A stretch of DNA of 64,000 bases from Bradymonadia bacterium (lineage in GTDB: Bacteria; Myxococcota_A; Bradymonadia; UBA7976; UBA1532), in NCBI GenBank assembly GCA_046290225.1, contig JBKAGE010000034.1:160001-224000 (forward strand), in the 5' to 3' direction. Positions 19,767 through 29,800 of the stretch are shown in pieces (the first letter of the stretch is position 1; each line of letters starts with the position of its first letter). The notes under the pieces were generated by a model. That model saw only the letters and a list, made by a program, of their open reading frames with translations, was not told the origin of the DNA and made no database searches. Both the position numbers and the translations under genes were made by a program.

Positions 19767-20897
19767 TCAGAAGACGCTGACCAGGGCGGCGGGGATGGCG
19801 AAGAAGACCACCCCCACATAGACGGGGCCGGCCCAGCGGTGCTGGGCACACAGGGCGCCGAACTTGCGGGCCAGGGTGATGGGCAGGGCCTTGAGGGGCA
19901 GGAACACCGCCGTGCCCATCAGGTTGAAGAGCAGATGGCAGAAGGCGATGGTGACCGCCTCGGGCACACCGGAAGCGAAGGCGGCGAGCAAGGCGGTGAT
20001 GGTGGTGCCGATGTTGGCGCCGAGCATGAACGGGAAGGCCGCCTCGAGGGTGACCATACCGGTGCCGATCAGCGGCACCACCATGCTGGTGGTCACCGAG
20101 CTCGACTGCACGGCCACGGTGAGCATGACACCCAGGCCGAGACCCTTGAAGGGGTTCCCAAAGAGGAACTTGTCCACCACCCGCTGAAGGGTGGGCGCCA
20201 GCGCCCCCTTCATGATCTTGACCATCTGCGAGAGCGAGATGATCAGCATCACCAGGGCCACGACCAGCAAGACCGAGCCCAGGATGACCTTGCTCTCGAT
20301 GAACTGACCGCCAAAGGTCTGGATCTCTTTGATCACCGGCTTGGTGATGACCGCGATGGGGCTCGTCAGAGTGGCGCCGCTGAAGCCGAACATGGCCCCA
20401 GTGAGGGCCTCGGCCCCCCGCTGGATCGGGTGGAACATGATCTCGAGGGGCAGGAACAACAACACCGCGCACAGATTGAAGAAGTCGTGGACGACGGCGC
20501 CGGAGAACGCCCGGCCGAAGGCCTCACGCTCTCCGATCTGACCCATGGAGACGATGGTGTTCGTGATGGTGGTGCCGATGTTGGCCCCCATCACGATGGG
20601 CACGGCCTGGCCCACTGTGAGCGTGCCGTTGGCCACCATGATGACCGTGAGGGTGGTCGTGGTGGAGGAGCTCTGAACCAGGGAGGTGGCCAGAACCCCG
20701 ATGATGAGGCCAATGATGGGGTTGTGGGCCGAGGCGAGGAGCGCCTGGGCTTCTTCTTTGCCGAAGAGCTTCATCGAGCCGCTCATGAGCCCGATGGACA
20801 AGAAGAATATGTAGAGGACCGCCAGGAAGGCTATGGCGGCGACGAGGTTCTCGTGAGGTCGCCTCGCCACAGGTGCTGGATTGTTGATCGGCACCAT
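19767..20897 (-). CDS. Na+/phosphate symporter (NptA / Na_Pi_cotrans family)
   Basis: Two VQSSS...GANIGTTIT repeats and multiple TM segments. Confidence 0.93.
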   Translation of the reverse strand: MVPINNPAPVARRPHENLVAAIAFLAVLYIFFLSIGLMSGSMKLFGKEEAQALLASAHNPIIGLIIGVLATSLVQSSSTTTTLTVIMVANGTLTVGQAVPIVMGANIGTTITNTIVSMGQIGEREAFGRAFSGAVVHDFFNLCAVLLFLPLEIMFHPIQRGAEALTGAMFGFSGATLTSPIAVITKPVIKEIQTFGGQFIESKVILGSVLLVVALVMLIISLSQMVKIMKGALAPTLQRVVDKFLFGNPFKGLGLGVMLTVAVQSSSVTTSMVVPLIGTGMVTLEAAFPFMLGANIGTTITALLAAFASGVPEAVTIAFCHLLFNLMGTAVFLPLKALPITLARKFGALCAQHRWAGPVYVGVVFFAIPAALVSVF

Positions 20898-21022
20898 TGA
20901 TGCGCTCCAAAAACAGGAGAGTTCGATGCCATAGATGCCTGCTCGTCGCCCTGAATTCCAGGACATCTCTCATGTCTTCAAGAGTTCCCTCGGCCGTCAC
21001 AGAGATGACACATTTTGACCGC

Positions 21023-22708
21023 TCAACCGAGGCGTTGAGAGACCGCTCTGCGGAGGGCGATGCCGAGCTGCAGGTGGCGGTGCTCGATGGCGCGTTCTAC
21101 AGCTCTCAGGCGGCTTTCGAGGGCTTCGACAGCACGCTCTTTTGCCGAGAGCGCCGTGGTGCGCTCCGCCTTGAGGCCCAGCCGGCTCTTGTGGAGTTCG
21201 CAGATCTGAAGTTGCACGTCGGCGAGGCGCTGCCTGCGACCGCTCTCGGAGCTGCGACGCCGCTCCAGGGCCCCCGCCACTTCGGCGCGCTCCCGGAACA
21301 GGTGCTCCATCTGTGACAGCGCGTTGTCGATGTCTTCTTGGAAGAGATCGCCAAATTCGATGATGCTGCCAGGCCTGCGAGAGGCCGTGGCATAGAGCGT
21401 GGCCTGGTGGCTCTCGAGCTGGTGGTAGAGGCGCGCATACTCAGCGTCGAGATCGCCGATCTGGTCTTCGAGGGCGGCGATGTGTCGCCCGTCATCCTCC
21501 GCCTCCTGCTCGATCTGATCGACGTCGCCCTGCAAGATGCTGATGGCATGCTCCAACGGGCGCAGCCGGCCTTCGAGGGTGGTGGCCAGGACGTCGGCCT
21601 CCGCTCGGGCATCTTCGAGGGCGACCTTCATGCGATCCCGATCTTCGGTGAGCACCTCGATGTGATGCTGTAGCTGGGCCAGCGCCTCGGGGCGCTCCTC
21701 CGGTCGCCACAGCTCCTCGATGCTCGCCGCGACGTTCCGGGCATAACGCGCCATGTCGGCCTTGCGGCCCAGGCTGGGCAGCTGCAGGTCCGCCAGGAGA
21801 GGCCCGGTCGCGCGGGCGGTCTTCATGAGCGTCTTGACGCCGGCCCCCGAGGTGTCGTGCACGGCGAGGCCGTCGAGGATCTCACCGAGTTCCGTGCAGC
21901 TGCTGTACCGATCCTCGGGCTTGCGGGCGATGCACCTCATGATGACCTGCTCCAGGTCTTCGGGCACATCGTGTCGGCGATGCCGGACAGGTACTGGGCG
22001 GCCCCTCAAGTGGGCCTGCATCACCTTCACGGGGTTGGCCCCCATGAACGGCGGCTCCCCCACCACCATCTCGTAGAGCAACAAGCCGAGCTGGTAGATG
22101 TCGCTCCGCGCATCGATGTCCCCGGCCATGGCCTGCTCGGGGCTCATGTACTCCGGCGTGCCCAGGGTCATGCCCGTGGCCGTGGCGGCAAGCTTGCTCG
22201 GATCATCGGCGTCGAGCTTGGCGATGCCGAAGTCGAGCAGCTTCACGAAGTCGCGATGGCGCTGGTCTTGAACCAGCATCACATTGCCGGGCTTGATGTC
22301 GCGATGAAACACCCCGCGGGCATGGGCACACGCGAGACCCTGGCACATCTGGGCGCCGATGAAGGCTGCCCGCCCGGGGGCAAACTGGCGATCCTTGGCC
22401 AGGGCCACAGCGAGGGTGTCGCCGTCGAGGCGCTCCATGACGATGTAGGCGAGGTTCTCTTCTGCAGCGCCGTAGTCGTACACACGCACGATGTGCTCGT
22501 TGTGCAGTGAGCAGATGACCCGACCCTCCTGCATCATCCGCGCGAGGGGATCACGCCGCCGGGCGAGGGTGCGCTTGAGCACCTTCACCGCCACACGGGT
22601 GCGATCCGTGTGGTGCTCGGCTTCGAACACCGCTGCCATGCCCCCGGTGCTGATGAGGGACTTGAGGACATAGTCCCCGATGGGGGTCTCCAGGAGAGAT
22701 TCCATCAT
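21023..22708 (-). CDS. Cytoplasmic Hanks-type Ser/Thr protein kinase with C-terminal coiled coil
   Basis: GGMAAVF, VAVKVL, HRDIKPGN, DFGIAK, GTPEYMSPEQ and SDIYQLG; heptad-rich tail, no TM segment. Confidence 0.93.
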   Translation of the reverse strand: MMESLLETPIGDYVLKSLISTGGMAAVFEAEHHTDRTRVAVKVLKRTLARRRDPLARMMQEGRVICSLHNEHIVRVYDYGAAEENLAYIVMERLDGDTLAVALAKDRQFAPGRAAFIGAQMCQGLACAHARGVFHRDIKPGNVMLVQDQRHRDFVKLLDFGIAKLDADDPSKLAATATGMTLGTPEYMSPEQAMAGDIDARSDIYQLGLLLYEMVVGEPPFMGANPVKVMQAHLRGRPVPVRHRRHDVPEDLEQVIMRCIARKPEDRYSSCTELGEILDGLAVHDTSGAGVKTLMKTARATGPLLADLQLPSLGRKADMARYARNVAASIEELWRPEERPEALAQLQHHIEVLTEDRDRMKVALEDARAEADVLATTLEGRLRPLEHAISILQGDVDQIEQEAEDDGRHIAALEDQIGDLDAEYARLYHQLESHQATLYATASRRPGSIIEFGDLFQEDIDNALSQMEHLFRERAEVAGALERRRSSESGRRQRLADVQLQICELHKSRLGLKAERTTALSAKERAVEALESRLRAVERAIEHRHLQLGIALRRAVSQRLG

Positions 22709-22801
22709 CTCGATTGCATCCTGTCGCTCTAACCTGGGCCTGATCTTGCCAAGGCTGATGGACCCTACCATGATCACGGCCGAGATGAGGAGGCGCCCTC
22801 G

Positions 22802-24430
22802 ATGGCCTTAATCAACGCACCGCTCCATGAGCTCGACCGCAGCTATGCGGCCCGAGCCGTGGCCCGAATGGCCCACACCAGCGATTTGATGCTCGCCCAC
22901 TTCGAGCACCGTCACCACCTGCCGGTACCGGAGCACTGGCATGCACCGGATCGACTCGATCTGCGTCATGATCCGGCCTCGAGCCCGGGCTGGCAGGGCG
23001 GCGTACTCAAAGAGTCGAAGTACAGCCACTTCCGCCTGGATGGCCCCATCGGCAGCTTCAACCCGGGGCACCGTGCCAAGTGGACCACCCACGAGCTCTG
23101 CCATCGCCTGGTGGGCTTCGGCTGGTCCCCCTCCGGCTCGCTGCTCTTCAACGCCCTTGCAGCCCGGCTCTCCGAGGTGCTCCCCGTGGCGCTCTACTAC
23201 TTCTTCGACGAGGCCGGCCTGAGGCGGTGTCCGGAGCATGCCGGCGGCGGGCCGCTCTTCGGGGACTTCTGCGCCGCGTGTGAACACGCTGCAGAGCAGG
23301 GGCCTCTCGAGGAGGATCCAGATGCCGAGCGCTGGCTTGAGGCCGGTCAGGCATTCGTCCATCGAGAGCTTGAGGCTGTCGCGCGTTCCGTGGAGCTGGG
23401 GCGGCCCCTGCCCCACCGCTACGCCACCCTCGACCTCGCCAGCGACGGCGTCGCCTACGCTCGGGCACACCACGTGCGACTGACCAGCCCCGAGTTCGCC
23501 GAGTTCATGACGTGTTTCTACAGGCCAAATCAGGGCTGGTTCGACCACCTCGACGATCTTTCGGAGCGTGTGCTCCAGGTCATGGGCGCCCTGTGTGGTG
23601 GCCCGGATGCCAGCCCCCTCGATGGCGATCGGTGGTTGTGGGCAGCGCAGGATCTCGGCTGGCGGCTCTATCAAATCAAAGCCGAGACCCGGGGGCCGCT
23701 CCTCGCCGATCTCGACGCCGTGCTCTCGGATCTCGCCTCGACGCCCACAGCCGAGGGCATCGTGGCCTGCGAGGCCCGGTACGCCGAGCTCGCCGATGAA
23801 TGGTATCTACCACCGGCACAGGACGTCTTCGCGGTGGGATACCCGCTTCCGGAGCACCATGGCCGCTCCGCTTCGGCCCTGGCCGAGGGCCTCGGTTCCG
23901 TGTGCCCGAACACCCTCGCCGCCCTCGGAGAGTCGTCAGACGCCCTCGTCGAGGCCTTCACCGAAGCTGACGTAGAAACTCGACGTCCTCTCGCCCATCG
24001 CTTTGCTGACTTCCTCGCCGAGCATCACGACGGCCCTGTGTCTCACCTGGCGCGCTTCGAGGCCACAGTAACGCACCCGCCACAGCTCGACCTGACGGAG
24101 GCCAGCCTGCCTCCCACGAGCGAAGGGACATGGCGCAAAAACCCTTCGGTGGTGGTGCTCCGAGCGCCAGTGAACGTGATCGCCTTTGCAGAGTCACCTG
24201 AGACGTCACCCGAGCCTGATCCCTCAGCGGTGGTCATCGGACGGCGGCCCGACGGCGATCTCACCCTCGCGGAGATCCCCCGGGCCTGGGCTGACGATCT
24301 CGAAGCCCTCACCGACACCGATCTCGTGTTGTCGGACCTCGATCCCGACGCCGCCGAGGCCTTGATCGCCTTGCAGGTGATTCGTCCTCAGCGGTGGGCT
24401 CTGGTTGACGATCCGCTGGGTGTTGATTAG
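22802..24430 (+). CDS. Hypothetical protein: HExxH domain, CxxH/CxxC zinc ribbon and C-terminal DUF2063/HvfC-like domain
   Basis: HELCH; CPEH...FCAAC; LAEGLGSVCPNTLAALG...RFADFLAE...LARFE...NPSVVVLRAPVNV; GAGGAGG RBS. Confidence 0.55.
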   Translation: MALINAPLHELDRSYAARAVARMAHTSDLMLAHFEHRHHLPVPEHWHAPDRLDLRHDPASSPGWQGGVLKESKYSHFRLDGPIGSFNPGHRAKWTTHELCHRLVGFGWSPSGSLLFNALAARLSEVLPVALYYFFDEAGLRRCPEHAGGGPLFGDFCAACEHAAEQGPLEEDPDAERWLEAGQAFVHRELEAVARSVELGRPLPHRYATLDLASDGVAYARAHHVRLTSPEFAEFMTCFYRPNQGWFDHLDDLSERVLQVMGALCGGPDASPLDGDRWLWAAQDLGWRLYQIKAETRGPLLADLDAVLSDLASTPTAEGIVACEARYAELADEWYLPPAQDVFAVGYPLPEHHGRSASALAEGLGSVCPNTLAALGESSDALVEAFTEADVETRRPLAHRFADFLAEHHDGPVSHLARFEATVTHPPQLDLTEASLPPTSEGTWRKNPSVVVLRAPVNVIAFAESPETSPEPDPSAVVIGRRPDGDLTLAEIPRAWADDLEALTDTDLVLSDLDPDAAEALIALQVIRPQRWALVDDPLGVD

Positions 24431-24439
24431 ACCTCACCC

Positions 24440-26827
24440 GTGACTTCTCCCGCCTCCACCTCTCCCGAGCAGTCCCCAGAACAGCGTCTCGCTGTCTCTG
24501 CAGGCTTCGCCGCGGCCATCGCCCTCATCGCCCATCAAGTGGGCGGCAAGGCAGTCCGAGACACGCTCTTCTTGAGCGAATACGCGGTGACCGACCTGCC
24601 CTTGATGCTCATAGTGGCCTCTGTGGCCTCGGTGGGCACGGTGCTGCTCACGAGCAAGGCCATGGCCACCCTCACCCCTGCACGGCTGGTGCCCTGGGCC
24701 TTTCTCACCAGCGCTGCCCTTCAGGTGGGCTGGTGGGGCATCAGCTTCGTCGCCCCGGCGATCTCGGCGGTGGCGATCTACCTGCACATGACCATGTTCG
24801 GCGCGGTGCTCATCTCGGGCTTCTGGTCCATGGTGAACGAGCGCTTCGATCCCCGAACGGCGAAGAGAGTCATCAGCAGGATCGCCGCCGGAGGCACCCT
24901 CGGCGGGCTGCTCGGCGGCCTCATGGTCGAACGCCTCGGGGCCTATATGGCCGCGGAGCACGTACTGCTCATCCTGGCGGGGCTGCACCTCTTCTGCGGC
25001 TGGCGTGTGGGCGCGCTGGCCCCTGAGCAGGCCAACCCCAGCGCCGAGAGCACCGTCGACATGCCCGAGGTGCATCCAAAGACCGAGGACACCTCCCCAT
25101 TTTCGGGCCTGGCGGTGCTGCTCAAGGGCAGCTTCCTCCGGAACATCGGGTTGATGGTGATGTTGGGTACGCTCTCGGCGGCCTGCCTCGACTATGTGTT
25201 CAAGGTGGAGGCCACCGAGGCGTTTCAGGGTGACGAGGCAGGCCTCATGCGGGTCTTCGCGTGGTTCTACACCATCACCGGGGTGCTCACCTTCGCGGTG
25301 CAGACCACCCTCAGCAACAAAGCCCTCGAGAAGCTGGGCATTGCCCGCACGGTCGCCGCCATGCCCACGGCGGTCTCCGGAGGCGCTCTGCTGGCGCTGT
25401 TCTTCCCCGGGCTCTGGGTGGCGGCCATCGCCCGAGGGGCCGAGGCCGTGCTCCGCAGCTCGGTGTTCCGCTCAGCTTACGAGTTGCTCTACACCCCCAT
25501 CCCGCCCCGGGAGAAGCGCCAGGCCAAGACGCTCATCGATGTGGGCTTTGACCGCCTCGGAGACGCCCTCGGTGGTGCCCTCGTCTCCCTCACCCTCTGG
25601 CTCACGGTGAGCAACGACACCGCAGAGGATGTGCTGCTCATCTGCGCCGCCGCCTTCGGCCTGGTGGGGATCATGCTGGCCTTCCGGCTGCACCAGGGCT
25701 ACGTCAAGGCCCTCGAAGCCAGCCTGCTCAGCCGCGCTGTGGAGCTCGATCTCGCCGAGGTGCAGGACGCCACGACCCGGAGCACGGTGATGCTCACCCT
25801 GGCGAGCCAGGGCATCGATCGCGCCGATCTGGAGGCCGCCCTGCGCAGCGCGGCTGAGGGCGCTCAGGTGACCGTCTCTCAGCTCATCGCCAGCCCGGAG
25901 CTGACTGCTCGTCGGCAAGAAGCGGCCCAGGCTCGACAAGATCGGATCCCCTCAGAGCCCACAGGCCCGGTGACCTTGGAGCCAGTGGTTCAGCTGACAT
26001 TGGAGCTACGCTCGGGTGATCTCACCCGGGTCAAGCAGGCGCTCCGTCATCCCCGAGCTGTCGACCGAGCCCTGGTGCCCCACCTGATCCCCCTGCTCGC
26101 CTGGGACGAGGTCTATCCCCTGGCCATCAAGCTGCTCCGGCGCCTCGCCCCTCAGAACACGGGTCAGCTCACGGATGCACTGCACGATGTCGATGAGGCC
26201 TTCGCGGTCCGCCGTCGGATCCCCAGAGCCCTCACAGAGGGGCACCCCGAGCGGGCCCTGAGCGCGCTGCTCGAAGGCCTCACCGATCGGCGCTTCGAGG
26301 TCCGCTATCAATGCGGCGTCGCCCTCAACCGGCTCACGGAAAAGCATCCAGATCTCGAAGTCAGCGCCGACCGCATCTATCCGGTGATCCGCAAGGAAAC
26401 CCGCGTAGGCCGTCGGGTGTGGGCGAGCCAACGACTGCTCGACCAGGGCGAGTCCAACTCCGGGGAGATCCCCTTCTTCGATGATTTCCTCAAAGATCGG
26501 GTGGACCGCAGCCTGCAGCACGTTTTCACCCTGCTGGCGCTGATCCTGCCCAAGCAGCCGCTCACCATCGCGTTTCGGGGCCTGCACACAGACGACCCGA
26601 CTTTGAGAGGGACCGCCCTCGAGTATCTGGAGAGCGTGTTGCCACCCGATATCCGGGCACCACTCTGGCCCTTCATCGAGGGCGAGCAGGGGCCCGCTCC
26701 GGCGAACCGCAACCGCGAGCAGGTGCTCGACGAGCTGGTGCGCTCCAACGAGTCGATTCAACTCAATCTGGCAGCGTTGAGGGCCCGGCTGGGCCAGAGC
26801 GATGGCGGGGGGACGCAGGAGGATTGA
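24440..26827 (+). CDS. NTP/NDP exchange (TLC/Npt-like MFS) transporter fused to HEAT repeats
   Basis: KAVRDTLFLS, FWSMVNERFDPRTAKR, ELLYTPIP...KTLIDV.FDRLGD; about 12 TM segments, then HEAT-like helices. Confidence 0.8.
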   Translation: MTSPASTSPEQSPEQRLAVSAGFAAAIALIAHQVGGKAVRDTLFLSEYAVTDLPLMLIVASVASVGTVLLTSKAMATLTPARLVPWAFLTSAALQVGWWGISFVAPAISAVAIYLHMTMFGAVLISGFWSMVNERFDPRTAKRVISRIAAGGTLGGLLGGLMVERLGAYMAAEHVLLILAGLHLFCGWRVGALAPEQANPSAESTVDMPEVHPKTEDTSPFSGLAVLLKGSFLRNIGLMVMLGTLSAACLDYVFKVEATEAFQGDEAGLMRVFAWFYTITGVLTFAVQTTLSNKALEKLGIARTVAAMPTAVSGGALLALFFPGLWVAAIARGAEAVLRSSVFRSAYELLYTPIPPREKRQAKTLIDVGFDRLGDALGGALVSLTLWLTVSNDTAEDVLLICAAAFGLVGIMLAFRLHQGYVKALEASLLSRAVELDLAEVQDATTRSTVMLTLASQGIDRADLEAALRSAAEGAQVTVSQLIASPELTARRQEAAQARQDRIPSEPTGPVTLEPVVQLTLELRSGDLTRVKQALRHPRAVDRALVPHLIPLLAWDEVYPLAIKLLRRLAPQNTGQLTDALHDVDEAFAVRRRIPRALTEGHPERALSALLEGLTDRRFEVRYQCGVALNRLTEKHPDLEVSADRIYPVIRKETRVGRRVWASQRLLDQGESNSGEIPFFDDFLKDRVDRSLQHVFTLLALILPKQPLTIAFRGLHTDDPTLRGTALEYLESVLPPDIRAPLWPFIEGEQGPAPANRNREQVLDELVRSNESIQLNLAALRARLGQSDGGGTQED

Positions 26828-26831
26828 GCGA

Positions 26832-29800
26832 TCAGGGCTCCGGAGCAGGCGGCTCCGGATCGGGCTCGGGCTCCTCGCAGATCAGCGCCTCGTCGGCGAG
26901 ACCGTCACAATCGTCATCGATTTCGTTGCAGATCTCTTCCACCCCAGCCTCGGGATTGGGCTCAGCGCTGCAGATGGGCAGTGGTGCGCCTCGGCGCTGG
27001 TAGACGATGCGCTCCCAACCCGCGTTGCCGTTGAGGGTGGTCTGACCACAGCGATAGCCACTGCTGATGTTGCCGTTGCTGGTGTGCCAGCACATGCGCT
27101 GCTCAGGGAGTGTGTTCCCCGTGTCGCAGGAGTTCCGGCTCAGCGCCTCCCCCACAGGACCGAAGCCCCACGAGTAGCTGTCGCTGAAGTACCAGTTCAC
27201 CCCGTTGTGCACGTTCACCGGGTTCCGGTCGTTCCCTGAATCCTGCAGGATGAACTCGCGCTCCCCCATGGCCGCCAGTGTCAGGTTTGCCTGGCCCACG
27301 GGGCGGCAAGCCATCATCAGCACATCTTCGTCACACTGCGTCAGAATCTGCTCCACCGAAGGGTTGCCAGCGTTGTAGAGCCCGCTCCAGCATTGTTCGA
27401 ATCCGCCGGCGAGCACCTGGGCCTCGGGGAGGTTCTGCTGGATGCCCTCGAGGGCGAGCCCGGGAGGCGCCCCATCTTCGACGGGTGGGCAGATGATCTG
27501 GCCTTCGACGGCGCAGAGGCCTTCACCAGCGACGCAGAGATCACCCACGCCCTCTACGTTGTCGACGACACCATCACAATCATCATCGCGGCCGTTGCAG
27601 ACCTCGACCTCGGGATCAGCGGGGCCGACAGAGACACAGACCTCGCCGCCGTCTTCACCGCATTGAATCTGGCCCTCTTCGCACGCGGGGATACCGTCGA
27701 TGCACTGGGCCCCGATGTCGAAGTCTTCATCGACGCTCTCGTCACAATCGTCGTCCAGCTCGTTGCAGAGCTCATCGACGGGCTCGCCCGCTTCTGCGTT
27801 GCACACCAGGCCCAGCCCGGCGCGCTGCAAAATCACCCGCTCCCAGCCATTGCCGACGCCCGTGTTGCTGCCACATCGCCAGCCGTTGGTCAGGTTGCCA
27901 CCGCCGGAGTGCCAGCAGATACGGTCGTTGCGGTCCCGGTTCTGGGTGTCACAGCTGTTGCGGCTGAGGGGCTCACCCGCCGGGCCGAAGCCGATGGAGT
28001 ACTGGTCGCTCCAGTACCAGTTGGCGCCGTTGTGCTCGTTCGGGGGCGGGTTCTGCTCACGACCGGCATCGATGATGATGAACTCGCGCTCCGCCGTCGC
28101 CGCCACCTGGAAGTTGGCCTGACCATCTTGGCGGCAGGCCATGACCCAGACATCCTCCTGACAATTCGCCAGGATCTCCGCCACCGGTGAGACCTGCTCG
28201 TAGCCGCCCACATAGCAAGGCTCGAAGCCCTGACCGAGCAGCTCCGCCTCGGGCAAATCGTTCACGATGCCGGCGAAAGGCAGACCGCCCCCGCCCTCTT
28301 CACTGCAGACGAACTGACCGTCGCGCTGGCACGCGCCCACCCCTGCAGAGCAGGGCACACCGACACCTTCGACGTTGTCGACCTGACCATCACAGTCGTT
28401 GTCGATGCCGTCACAGATCTCGAGGTCAGGCTCGACGTCGTAGGGCTCACAGAACAGCTCGCCTTCGTCGGTGCAGGCGATGCGACCGCGCTGACATGCG
28501 CCGACGTTCTCGTCGTTGCAGTCACCGCCCACATCGAAGCCTTCGTCGACGATGCCGTCACAGTCGTCGTCCACGTTGTTGCAGGTCTCCTCGGAGAGGG
28601 CCTCTTCGTCGGCCTCAGCGTCACAGACGGGCAAAGGCGCAGCGGGTCGGTGGAAGACAACGCGCTCCCAGCCAGCGTTGCCGTTGAGGGTTTGCTGACC
28701 ACAGCGATAACCGCTGCTCATGTTGCCGTTGCTGGTGTGCCAGCACATGCGCTGCTCGGGCAGCGTGTTCCCTGTGTCGCAGGAGCTCCGGCTCAGCGCC
28801 TCGCCCACAGGACCGAAGCCCCATGAGTACGTGGCGCTGAAGTACCAGTTCACCCCGTTGTGTACATTCACCGGGTTTCGCTCGTTCCCCGACTCTTGGA
28901 GGATGATCTCGCGCTCCCCCATGGCCGCCAGGGTGAAGTTCTCGTTGCCCACCGGGCGACAGGCCATCATCAGCTGGCCTTCGTCACACTGCTCGAGGAT
29001 CTGGGCCACCGCAGGCTGACCCTCGTTGTAGCGGCCGCTCCAGCACAGCTCGAAGCCATTGGCCACGATGTCGGCCTCGGGCAGATCCTGCTGGATGCCC
29101 TCATAGCTCAGGCCGATGGGGGCGCCGGGCTCGATCTCGGGACACACCAGCTCGCCCTCAGCGGCGCAGACGCCTTCACCAGAGACACAGGGATCACCCA
29201 CACCAGGGGCGTTGTCGACGACACCATCACAGTCATCGTCGCGACCGTTGCAGATCTCGGGCTCGGGATCAGCGGGGCCGACAGAGATGCAGGCGGGCAT
29301 GCCTTCGTCGTTACAGCGCACCTCACCGCGCTCGCAGGCAGGGATACCTTCAGCGCAGGGGCCACCGACGTCGAAGCCCTCGTCCATGATGCCGTCGCAG
29401 TCATTGTCGATGTTGTCGCAGGCCTCAGGCGTGGGCTCGAGGATCTCGGCGTCGCAGACCACCGTGGCCCGGTCGGGCCGCTGGTAGATGATGCGCTCCC
29501 AGCCGGCGTTGCCGTTGAGGGTCTGCTGACCACAGCGGTAACCACCGCTCATGTTGCCGTTGCTGGTGTGCCAGCACATGCGCTGCTCAGGGAGTGTGTT
29601 CCCTGTGTCGCAGGAGTTCCGGCTCAGCGCCTCGCCCACAGGACCGAAGCCCCATGAGTAGCTGTCGCTGAAGTACCAGTTCACTCCGTTGTGCACGTTC
29701 TCGGGATCGCGCTCGTTCCCCGAATCCTGAAGGATGATCTCACGCTCACCCATGGCCGCCAGGGTCAGGTTCTCCTCCCCCACAGGGCGGCAGGCCATCA

